This document shows positions 9,931-18,523 of a stretch of DNA of 64,000 nt, in pieces; the first letter of the stretch is position 1; each line of letters opens with the position of its first letter. Source of the DNA: Terriglobia bacterium (GTDB taxonomy: Bacteria > Acidobacteriota > Terriglobia > 2-12-FULL-54-10); contig CBDCTS010000007.1 in NCBI GenBank assembly GCA_965222345.1, forward strand, positions 43,853-107,852, in the 5' to 3' direction. A program made the position numbers and the translations under genes. The notes under the pieces are model-generated. The model searched no databases, was not told the DNA's origin, and worked only from the letters and a program-made list of their open reading frames with translations.

Positions 9931-10782
9931 GTGGAGCGTGTCTGTCAGACCTTGGGAGTGTCGGAGCGGCGGGCGTGTCGAGTGCTGAGGCAGTACCGAT
10001 CCACCCAGCGGCATCGAACCTTGACACCACAGGATGAACCGCGACTGGTGACCCGGACGCTGCAGTTAGCCGGCGAGTACGGTCGATACGGCTACCGGCG
10101 AATCACGGCGCTGTTGCGACGGGAGGGGTGGAGGGTGAACCATAAGCGGGAGAGAATCTGGAGGCAGGAGGGACTGAAAGTGCCGAAGAAACAACCCCGG
10201 AAAAGCCGCCTGTGGTTGAACGATGGGTCGTGTCTTCGGTTAAGACCGTGCTGGCGGGATCATGTCTGGGCGTACGATTTTGTGGCAGATCGAACCCAGG
10301 ATGGTCGTCCCCTGAAGATGTTGACGGTGGTGGATGAGTACACGCGAGAATGTTTGGCAATCGACGTAGAACGGCGAGCTGATTCGATGAGTGTCTTGGA
10401 ACGGCTGGCAGCCTTGTTTGTGGAGCGAGGAGTTCCCGATTACATTCGCTCGGATAACGGGTCCGAGTTCACAGCACGGTTGGTTCGGAACTGGCTGGAG
10501 CGGGTAGGGGTAAAGACCTTGTTCATCGAGCCGGGGAGCCCATGGGAAAACGGGTATGTAGAATCGTTGAACGGGAAGTTTCGAGACGAGTTTCTCAATG
10601 GGGAGATCTTCTACACCTTGCAGGAAGCGAAGGTGTTGATTGAGGGATGGCGGCGGGAGTATAACAAAGTTCGCCCGCACAGCGCGTTAGGCTACCGGCC
10701 GCCAGCCCCGGAAGCGATCCTGCCGTTACGGCCGGGTTCCGCTCCGCTCCACCCGGCTGCAACGGCTTATGGACTAACATAA
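9931..10782 (+). CDS. IS3-family transposase OrfB (rve integrase core, DDE)
   Basis: 283 aa with the conserved integrase catalytic core. Carries a 1-codon deletion relative to the copy at 43186..44040. Confidence 0.85.
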   Translation: MERVCQTLGVSERRACRVLRQYRSTQRHRTLTPQDEPRLVTRTLQLAGEYGRYGYRRITALLRREGWRVNHKRERIWRQEGLKVPKKQPRKSRLWLNDGSCLRLRPCWRDHVWAYDFVADRTQDGRPLKMLTVVDEYTRECLAIDVERRADSMSVLERLAALFVERGVPDYIRSDNGSEFTARLVRNWLERVGVKTLFIEPGSPWENGYVESLNGKFRDEFLNGEIFYTLQEAKVLIEGWRREYNKVRPHSALGYRPPAPEAILPLRPGSAPLHPAATAYGLT

Positions 10783-10812
10783 AAAGTGGACCAACAACCG
10801 GGGGCAGGTCAC

Positions 10813-11336
10813 GGTCGACCAGGGGTTTCTCGGTAGCCCACATTGGAAATCTCGAACCAGCTTTCGGAATCTATGACGGGGAGGAAGGCTGGCTCCGAGA
10901 GTCGGATGGCCCCGTGCGCGTTATGTACCGATCGCGACTCGATGCTGCCAAACTGGAAGATACGCTAACCCTCTCCAGGGGTGTGGAACGGATTGTCAAC
11001 CAACTGGTTTTTGAGGGTACGGAAAAGGTCGGCGATCGGGAAACATACGTACTTTCCGGCCGGACCCAGATTTTACCCCTCGTCAAACTTCACTTTGATC
11101 AGGCCTCCGGCTTACTGACCCGGCTGGAATATTTCACGGCGACGCTGGTTGGCTCCTATCCGACTGTGGTGGAGTATTCCGATTATCGGGAGGTGGATGG
11201 TATAAAGGTCCCCTTCCGCTGGACCGTGGCCCTGATCAGGAATCGTCGATTGATATATCAAATACAAGAAGTGGAGCAGAATATCCCGATCGATGACTCT
11301 GTGTTCGCCCAGCCCACCTCATCTCCGGAATTTTGA
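10813..11336 (+). pseudogene. Diheme c-type cytochrome, 3' part (continuation of 8903..9551)
   Basis: In-frame continuation. The C-terminal domain aligns with the paralog 15161..16378 (…RLEDTL…YSDYR(D/E)V(D/E)G…). Confidence 0.7.
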
Positions 11337-12021
11337 GAAACGAGCCTGGGCTGTATTTTCAGATGGAGACATTCCACCAGAGCGAGCGGCACATCCTGCT
11401 TTGCAGTCATCCTCCTATCCAACTAACCCGCATAATTCACCAGAAGGACCAGAGATAAGGCCGCCCTGTTTGGTAAAGGCGTTTAACAAGAACGTCTAAC
11501 AAACTAAACGGAGGCGACCCTTATGACTACAGGAGGTAACTAGGCCACATTGGAATTTCACGGACTCGTTCAATGCAAAGTGAAGGCCCGATTCGGCGGA
11601 TGAAACATCACCTACGACGCCGGGGGATTTGCTGTTGCGGAAGTGGAAAAGCGGATCGGACCGCTGGCGTGATTGGCCGGGTGTTTTCGCAACCACCGGG
11701 ATTCACGGTTGATCAAGCACACCACTTTTGACAATATCTCTCTTAACGGCAGCCGGGTATATAATCGCATGTGCTGAAGGTGCATTGAAGCATTTCAATG
11801 CGATTTATGCAACGGGCTGGAAAGTATAATCAGTTTGATATGATGGACTCGATGTTGAGCGGCAATACATTCCAGGTCCGATCACTTATGACACTGAGGC
11901 CACCCGCAGTCTTTATGCAAGCGAGAAAGAATTATTTTCATGGAGATTTCCAGTGTGACGGTGATTATGAAATCCTGAACCCAGCGGGTTCCAAGACTGA
12001 TTTTAGTGGGTTTTTTGACCA

Positions 12022-13077
12022 TTGAGCGCAGTGGCTTCTATGAGGAGTATCGAGATGATTAAACCATTATCGGGGCTGTTTTTCGGGGGGGGTGTTATCG
12101 TTTTAGCTGTATTAGCTTGGCTGGCGATGCAAGCTGAACAGGAACCGGGCGGGACGAGTGAGAAAAGCGTCGTTCAACTGGACCCGGCGCTGGACACGAT
12201 TGTGGACCTTGAAGCGAAACTGGAATTGCTTTCCGATGATTTCCCGCACACCTCCCGACCTTCCACGGAAGGACCTGTCTGGATCGACAGCAGCGAGGAG
12301 CCTGACGGAGGCTATTTCCTGTTCACCGACTCACGGCGCTCTCGACTCGCCAAGTGGAGCACCCGCGCTGGATTGACCGGAGCATACGATCTCCAGGAGA
12401 TGCTGGGCGAACTTGACCCGGCCCGATCATCTTCGAGTGGCTTGGCCATCGACCCGCAAAGGCGTGTGGTGTTTTGCTCCTCCGGCAGACACGCCGTAGT
12501 ACGCATTGAGAAGAATGGCACGCCGACGATTCTGGCGGAATCCTACGACGGCAAGCGGCTCGATAATCCCAATGATCTAACGATCAGCGCCGACGGGTCG
12601 ATCTACTTCACCGACAATGCCCGCGAGGAGACGAGGCAGATGCCACCCACGGTTTATCTGCTGAAGGACGGCGATCTGACCCCGCTGATCACAGATCTGA
12701 CAAGCCCTAACGGCATTACCCTTTCGCCCGATGGCACGGTGCTTTACGTGAACGACATTCGTCCGCGAAAATTGTATCGCTACGAAGTCCAGCCGGACGG
12801 TTCAGTTGCCAATGGCCGGCTCTTTGTCGACATGAGTGGCCGCGAGGAGCCCGGCGCCAACGACGGCATGCGGACGGATCGAAACGGAAATCTTTACAGC
12901 AGCGGCCCCGGCGGAGTGTGGATCATCTCGCCCAACGGCAAGCATATGGGCACAATCCTTGCGCCCGACCGCATCACGAACCTGACCTTTGGGGGTGCCG
13001 ACGGCAAGACACTCTTCATGACTGCACATGGCTCCATATTCCGCATCCAGTTGAAGGCGAGTGGCCGGAGGCAATAG
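12022..13077 (+). CDS. SMP-30/gluconolactonase/LRE-family six-bladed beta-propeller protein
   Basis: N-terminal hydrophobic segment, then the typical lactonase-like blades (…DNPNDLTISADGSIYFTDN…, …SPNGITLSPDGTVLYVND…). Confidence 0.7.
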   Translation: MSAVASMRSIEMIKPLSGLFFGGGVIVLAVLAWLAMQAEQEPGGTSEKSVVQLDPALDTIVDLEAKLELLSDDFPHTSRPSTEGPVWIDSSEEPDGGYFLFTDSRRSRLAKWSTRAGLTGAYDLQEMLGELDPARSSSSGLAIDPQRRVVFCSSGRHAVVRIEKNGTPTILAESYDGKRLDNPNDLTISADGSIYFTDNAREETRQMPPTVYLLKDGDLTPLITDLTSPNGITLSPDGTVLYVNDIRPRKLYRYEVQPDGSVANGRLFVDMSGREEPGANDGMRTDRNGNLYSSGPGGVWIISPNGKHMGTILAPDRITNLTFGGADGKTLFMTAHGSIFRIQLKASGRRQ

Positions 13078-13158
13078 CTCTGCGTCAAGGGCTTCTGCAT
13101 CCAGCCCAGGGCTGTGAATGACTGTCATTCGATGGACTCGCCAGTCGTTTCAGTGGAC

Positions 13159-14826
13159 CTATTCAAGAATATCAATATAGCCGAACCCTCCATCCGAACA
13201 TCCCCACCACACTCGGTTTGGGTTGGACGGGTCCACCAGAACCCTTCGAGCCTCTGAAGCCCTGTGTACCAGCGGAAATTCAGTAAAAGACTCCGTTGAG
13301 GGGTCGAACCGGCCTAACTTGTCTCCGTCACGTTCGCTGAACCAAACCAGATTGTGGACTGTATCCACGTCCACGGAATACGGCCCTGCATTTGGCGTGG
13401 GCACATCGTATTCAGACATTTCACCACTCTCCATGTGGAGCTTGATCAGTTTGCCCGTATTCTGAGCACCAATCCACATGTTGCCAACCGCATCTCCTCC
13501 CATCCGGCGTATTCCAGATCCTCGCCGAGTTTTATGCGTTTTCGTCTCACCTGTCAACGGATCGATCCGTACAATGGCATTGTCGTAGTTCCCCGTGTAC
13601 CAGACCGCCTGATCCGACCCGATCGCGATCCCGTAGGGATGCGAGCCCTTCGGTGCCGGATATTCTGTGATCTCACCGCTGGCCGGGTCGAGCCGGATCA
13701 CCCGGGTCGATGCATTCCCCGTACCCCAGACGTACCCGTTCAGGAATCGAATGGTGTTGATGGGGGCCCTCAACAGGTCCGGCGCCTTGATCGGATATTC
13801 GCGAAATTCTTCTGTCGTCGTACTGTATCGAAGCAGGGCCGCATCCGGCGTGGGCCCATTGTCCAGAATCCAGACGTCTCCGTTCGGATCGACTGCGATC
13901 TGAGCCAGAATTCTTGGGACACTGCCTTCCGGCACCTTGATTTTTGTGTACGTTAACGAATCGGGATCAAAGAAACCAAACCTGTCTGTTCTACCTTCCG
14001 TGATCCATGCATTACCCTCGGCATCCACCCCGATTTCGTACTCCCCGGATCCGTTCGGCGGCGCAAATTCCATCACGATAAACTTTTCGTCGAACAGATC
14101 CATCGGGATATGGGTATTCGGACCGCTGTCGCTTTCCTGCGCGGGAATCGGAGGCACCTCCATCCCGTTGTGTGTAGACAGGTAAGCAACCATATCATCC
14201 CTTTCCTGCTTGAAAATGGGCTGCAACCGGAACTCCTCCAGCAAATCCGGCCGTTCGTTCAGGAACCAAACCATTCGGTCCACAGACTTCTCCCAGGTCT
14301 GTCTGTTGTGCCGCGTCGGTGCGATCCTGTCCAGATGATGGCAGAGGACGCAACGGGTCATAATCAACTCGCGGCCATTTGCTTCTCTCCCTTCGGCCTC
14401 CGGCATCAGTCTTGCGTAATCCTGCAAACTCATTCGGGCTTCTGGTTCCGGGATCGCTCTTGGAATATCCAGTGTAATGTCGATCAGCGGAGCGGAGTCT
14501 GCCCGTACCGCGAACGCGTCAGAAACACGGCTTTCAAAACCCTCCCCAAACCCCTGTGCCTTGTAAGTTCCTGCCAACAACCTCGGCGTCGCAAAATCAC
14601 CACCTTCCTTGCTGACAACGAGAAACGACAAGCCGGAATCCTCGCTCTCGACCCGCACCACAGCTCCTGCAATTGCTTGCCCGTCAGCATCCCGGACGAT
14701 CCCTGAAATAATGGGACCATCACCATCCGACCCTGACTGGCAGGCGAACGTCAGCAGAATAGCCAGACACAAAACGCCTGCCCTTCCTTTCCTCCATTGC
14801 ACGCGATTCTGTTTTGACAAGATCAT
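13159..14826 (-). CDS. CarboxypepD_reg-like + cytochrome c + beta-propeller fusion protein (paralog of 7136..8800)
   Basis: 555 aa. CVLCHHLDRIAPTRH heme motif. Same domain order and length as 7136..8800. Confidence 0.65.
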   Translation of the reverse strand: MILSKQNRVQWRKGRAGVLCLAILLTFACQSGSDGDGPIISGIVRDADGQAIAGAVVRVESEDSGLSFLVVSKEGGDFATPRLLAGTYKAQGFGEGFESRVSDAFAVRADSAPLIDITLDIPRAIPEPEARMSLQDYARLMPEAEGREANGRELIMTRCVLCHHLDRIAPTRHNRQTWEKSVDRMVWFLNERPDLLEEFRLQPIFKQERDDMVAYLSTHNGMEVPPIPAQESDSGPNTHIPMDLFDEKFIVMEFAPPNGSGEYEIGVDAEGNAWITEGRTDRFGFFDPDSLTYTKIKVPEGSVPRILAQIAVDPNGDVWILDNGPTPDAALLRYSTTTEEFREYPIKAPDLLRAPINTIRFLNGYVWGTGNASTRVIRLDPASGEITEYPAPKGSHPYGIAIGSDQAVWYTGNYDNAIVRIDPLTGETKTHKTRRGSGIRRMGGDAVGNMWIGAQNTGKLIKLHMESGEMSEYDVPTPNAGPYSVDVDTVHNLVWFSERDGDKLGRFDPSTESFTEFPLVHRASEARRVLVDPSNPNRVWWGCSDGGFGYIDILE

Positions 14827-15160
14827 TTCCTCCTTAAACCAAAATAGAATCTTCCATCAGCACGGATTCTCTCTGCACATTGTCTCCGACAGCATCCTTT
14901 TTCCGACGCGGCAAATGCTCCACTGAAGTCTTCTCATTCGCAGCAATGCCTATTGCGGCACCCGAAGCTTACATCCATTCAGCAGCCCGTTGTCAGACCG
15001 AACAGTATCTCGGACGCGGTAGCAGCCAAAATCTGAATTGAGCAAACCTCTTTATCCAATTCTCAACTGGCCTTGTCGTTTCGCTCAGTGCTCGACCAGC
15101 CATATTCGAAAGTGAAGGATTGAATCCGGAAAGAAACTAATCTGCCCAAACGGCACGCAA

Positions 15161-16378
15161 CTAGCGGTACAGTGAAGGAAGAGGAGTTGGAAGGAGAAAA
15201 TTCGTCTCCGGAACCTCTCCGTTCTGTCGCACATCATTGATTTGATAGCGGGCTCGCACTCCTCTCACAACTGCTACATCCCATTGGTGAGGAATCAGCA
15301 CTCCTTCCACATCTCTGTAGTCTGAATAGTCAATCCGGCTGGGAAATATCCCTACCACCGTATTCGTGTAATACTCGATTCGCTGCAGCAGGGCTGTATT
15401 CTTTCCGAAATACAGTTCAACCTCGGGAAGGTATTCCGTACTGCCGGAGACCACATACACATCCTCGCCATCGATCGAGGTTGCTCGGTTCACCCGGAGT
15501 TGGCGGATGAACTTTTTTACGTTCATCGGGAAATTGAGCGTGTCCTCCAATCTTGCTGCGTCTCGCCGCCATCCAAACATGATCCTTGTGGGGCCGGAAC
15601 CCTCGCGCATCCACCCTGCGTCCCCGTTGTAAACACCGTAAGCACGGGAACTGTTTCCAAGATGCGAGACGGAATATGATTTCGTATATCTCTTGTCAGG
15701 AGAAACTGCAATTGCCTCAATGGGAAGGGTGACGGGCGGCTGATTCGGACGAGTCGATGTGACTGTTCCACGTTCTATGCGGGTTTTGATCTCCCCCAGC
15801 GCATCGGCTCCCCCCAAGGCCTCTATGTAACGCGCGAGCACTTCATCCACAGTTGGCAGGGGTGTCTCATCGGGTTTACGGTCCGACGGGGCGGAATCCG
15901 ACCGCACGGCAACGCCATCGGCCTGCTGGACCGCATCACCGCGGCTTCTTCCAAGTACGCTTTCCCAGTCCGGCATCGTTTCCGTCAACGGCACACCACG
16001 GTGGCAGGTGTAACAGGTTACTACAGTCCGGCCTCCAAAGGATTCCCGGTTGATTGTCGCGACCATTTGAAACATTCTCCGCGAAATCTGCTTCTGAGGA
16101 ATGCCCTCCACAGCCCGGTTATCTTCTGCATGGCAAAATTCGCACTGCACACCTAGCATCTCTGACACTAGCTGCATCGTGGGAATCAGTTCTCCATACG
16201 GAACGCCCCGAAATACTTCGATGTTGTCGTATACTTCTTCGGCTAGCTTGGAGGAGGGATGGGCATAGGACAGGTCCGCGGCCTCACCGGAAGATTGCCC
16301 TGCTGTCCCGGCGCTGGTTAGCCAGAGCAGGGAGAAGGTTAGTGCTGTCAGAATGATGATCTTGCCGGCGCTTCCCAT
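15161..16378 (-). CDS. Diheme c-type cytochrome (intact paralog of the IS-split gene at 8903/10813)
   Basis: CEFCH and CYTCH motifs. The start is probably the internal Met (MGSAGKIIILTALTF… signal peptide); the ORF track extends to 16504. Confidence 0.65.
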   Translation of the reverse strand: MGSAGKIIILTALTFSLLWLTSAGTAGQSSGEAADLSYAHPSSKLAEEVYDNIEVFRGVPYGELIPTMQLVSEMLGVQCEFCHAEDNRAVEGIPQKQISRRMFQMVATINRESFGGRTVVTCYTCHRGVPLTETMPDWESVLGRSRGDAVQQADGVAVRSDSAPSDRKPDETPLPTVDEVLARYIEALGGADALGEIKTRIERGTVTSTRPNQPPVTLPIEAIAVSPDKRYTKSYSVSHLGNSSRAYGVYNGDAGWMREGSGPTRIMFGWRRDAARLEDTLNFPMNVKKFIRQLRVNRATSIDGEDVYVVSGSTEYLPEVELYFGKNTALLQRIEYYTNTVVGIFPSRIDYSDYRDVEGVLIPHQWDVAVVRGVRARYQINDVRQNGEVPETNFLLPTPLPSLYR

Positions 16379-16436
16379 CTCCCGCTCAACCTCCGGTTTG
16401 GCAACCATGATCCTACGCTCCAGCGGCATAGACTCC

Positions 16437-17033
16437 CTATGGGCAGGTCCCGGTTTGGCAGCGCAGCCGGTTGATATCTTCCAGCTTCGTGGGTACAAAT
16501 CCATCTCGGTTCGGCATATTGATCTTCGGCAGGCGCTCTCTGTTCAGCTCTTCGTCTTCCTTCAAAATCCCGTTCCAATAGAGGATGAGGGCAGTCAATG
16601 AATACACCTCATCCGGTTTAAGCGTTCCTTCCTGGCCCCTTGGCATTCCACGATTGATGACGTCCCAGATGGTTGTAGCAAATGCCCAGTAACGTCCTGC
16701 GGAACGGACTGGATGTGGCGTAGTGAAAGTTCCGTCTCCACCCACAAGAGGAACCCTCGGTCCACCTGGAACAACTTCCTTCCCCGTCGGGCCATGGCAA
16801 ACGGCGCACTTCTGGGCATACAGCGGAGCACCCTGCTCCGCCGTTCCTTTGCCTGGAGGCAATTCTTTTCCTTCCGGACCGATGGAGATATCCCAAGCCC
16901 GCGCCTCCTGCGGCGTCGGTGCTCTCCCGACGCCATAGGTCGGCATCTGCGCATTGACATGAGAAACACCACTCAGTGCGAGGATGACCGCAACTCCACT
17001 AAACGTCCCAAACCGCATTTTGAACTTTCCCAT
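16437..17033 (-). CDS. Monoheme cytochrome c (SorB-like), paralog of 6340..6954
   Basis: Signal peptide and CAVCH motif. Overlaps the stop of the upstream Mo-enzyme gene. Confidence 0.7.
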   Translation of the reverse strand: MGKFKMRFGTFSGVAVILALSGVSHVNAQMPTYGVGRAPTPQEARAWDISIGPEGKELPPGKGTAEQGAPLYAQKCAVCHGPTGKEVVPGGPRVPLVGGDGTFTTPHPVRSAGRYWAFATTIWDVINRGMPRGQEGTLKPDEVYSLTALILYWNGILKEDEELNRERLPKINMPNRDGFVPTKLEDINRLRCQTGTCP

Positions 17034-18249
17034 TGCGAGTAATCCTCCATGGCTGAATCGGATTGAAATGGATAACCGTATTCGTGGTTGTACGGAAATA
17101 GTCCGGCGTTACTCCCCACATTTCCGCGAACTCAAGCAGCGACGGTTGCCGGACACCCTGGTCATCCGTGCACCGAGAGAGCAGCATTACCTCCTGTCCT
17201 TCCCAATTCCATGGGAAGCGGAATCTCACATGCGCTTTCGGCAGAATCGGATTCTGCAGTTCGGCATCCTGCCAATTTGACCCGCCATCCACGGAAACCT
17301 CCACCCTGCGAATCGTTCCCAGCCCGGACCAGGCCAGCCCGGTGATTTCATGGAAACCCTTGTGAGTGAGTTCCTGCCCGCCGGACGGAAACGTGATGAC
17401 GGATTTCGGCCCCATCTCGAAGTTGAACCATCTTGCCTTGCCGTCGCCTCGCAGGCTCGGGTTGTTGCTGCTCTCCGTATGCGTCATGAAGGGACGGTCG
17501 CCGACCTTGATGCGTCGGAGCCATTTCACGTTCCGCACTCCCTCCCAACCCGGCACCAATAGCCGCAACGGATACCCCTGGTCGGGCCGGATCATCTCTC
17601 CGTTCTGCCCATAGGCCAGTAACACATCGTCCATCGCCTTTTCGAGTGGAATGCTCATCGCATGCTTGACTCGATCCGCAGACTCGGCCACCAGCCAGCT
17701 GGCATTCGGCTTCAACCCGGCTTCCCGTAGTACCAGCGACAGCAGCACACCGGTCCATTCACTGCAACTCGTCTTGCCGTGGCGTTCCTGTACGGTTTCC
17801 GCTGCATGCCGTCCACGAGTGGGATTGGTGTTCGATACGCACTCCACAAAGTGGATTCTCGAGACGGAGGGAAGTCTCTTCAACTCCTCCATCGTTAGCA
17901 TCAATGGCCTCTCCACCATTCCGTGAATCATCAACCGATGCCGGCTCGGGTCGATGTCGGGAGGTTTTGCATCCCTGGTGAACACGTAATGCAGAGCCGA
18001 AGGTGTGATGATGCCGGCCAAATCCTGTAAGGGCGTATAGGTGCTCGGCCCTCCGGTACGTGTCCGCGTACGAACCGATTTCTCGAACCGCGAGCGCCGC
18101 CCGTACTCCCTCAGATCGGGCTTGTTCTCCGTCTCCTCCCCGGAGCTTGTTTCCTGACTCCGGCCAGCGATCACGGAACCTGCCACGATTCCTCCGAACA
18201 GGGTAGTCTGCTTCAGAAATTTTCTCCGTTGCTGATCTTGCTCCTTCAT
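16999..18249 (-). CDS. Sulfite-oxidase-family molybdopterin oxidoreductase (SorA/SoxC-like), TAT-exported, paralog of 5079..6377
   Basis: QQRRKFLKQ twin-arginine signal. Conserved Mo-domain residues. ~65% identity to 5079..6377. Confidence 0.75.
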   Translation of the reverse strand: MKEQDQQRRKFLKQTTLFGGIVAGSVIAGRSQETSSGEETENKPDLREYGRRSRFEKSVRTRTRTGGPSTYTPLQDLAGIITPSALHYVFTRDAKPPDIDPSRHRLMIHGMVERPLMLTMEELKRLPSVSRIHFVECVSNTNPTRGRHAAETVQERHGKTSCSEWTGVLLSLVLREAGLKPNASWLVAESADRVKHAMSIPLEKAMDDVLLAYGQNGEMIRPDQGYPLRLLVPGWEGVRNVKWLRRIKVGDRPFMTHTESSNNPSLRGDGKARWFNFEMGPKSVITFPSGGQELTHKGFHEITGLAWSGLGTIRRVEVSVDGGSNWQDAELQNPILPKAHVRFRFPWNWEGQEVMLLSRCTDDQGVRQPSLLEFAEMWGVTPDYFRTTTNTVIHFNPIQPWRITRNGKVQNAVWDV

Positions 18250-18523
18250 TTTTCCTCACCTCACCTTGCTGATTGGAATTGCCGACGGACCGTAACGGCG
18301 GATCTGTCCGTCAACGGGTTGAAGAATTAAGGGTTCGGATGTGTTCTCAACGGTGGAACCGCCGCCGGGTAGTCAGAAACATTTTGCAGCCTCCTGACTT
18401 ACCGAACAGGCCCTTGCGCAAGCTGCACCGCGCTCCGCTTGACAAGAGGAGAACCGATAGCATCAGAAGTTCGGGGCCAGCATAGTCTCCTGCCCGATTC
18501 ATCTAGAAATTCAGCTCAGCGGT

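Larger units (their letters stand above)
9552..10812 (+). mobile_element. IS3-family insertion sequence, copy 1
   Basis: ~1261 bp. Imperfect terminal IRs (G)GACCTGCCCCC ... GGGGGCAGGTCAC. orfA/orfB organisation with a gap suggesting a -1 frameshift. 3-bp target duplication GGT. Near-identical copy at 43156..44419. Confidence 0.85.
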
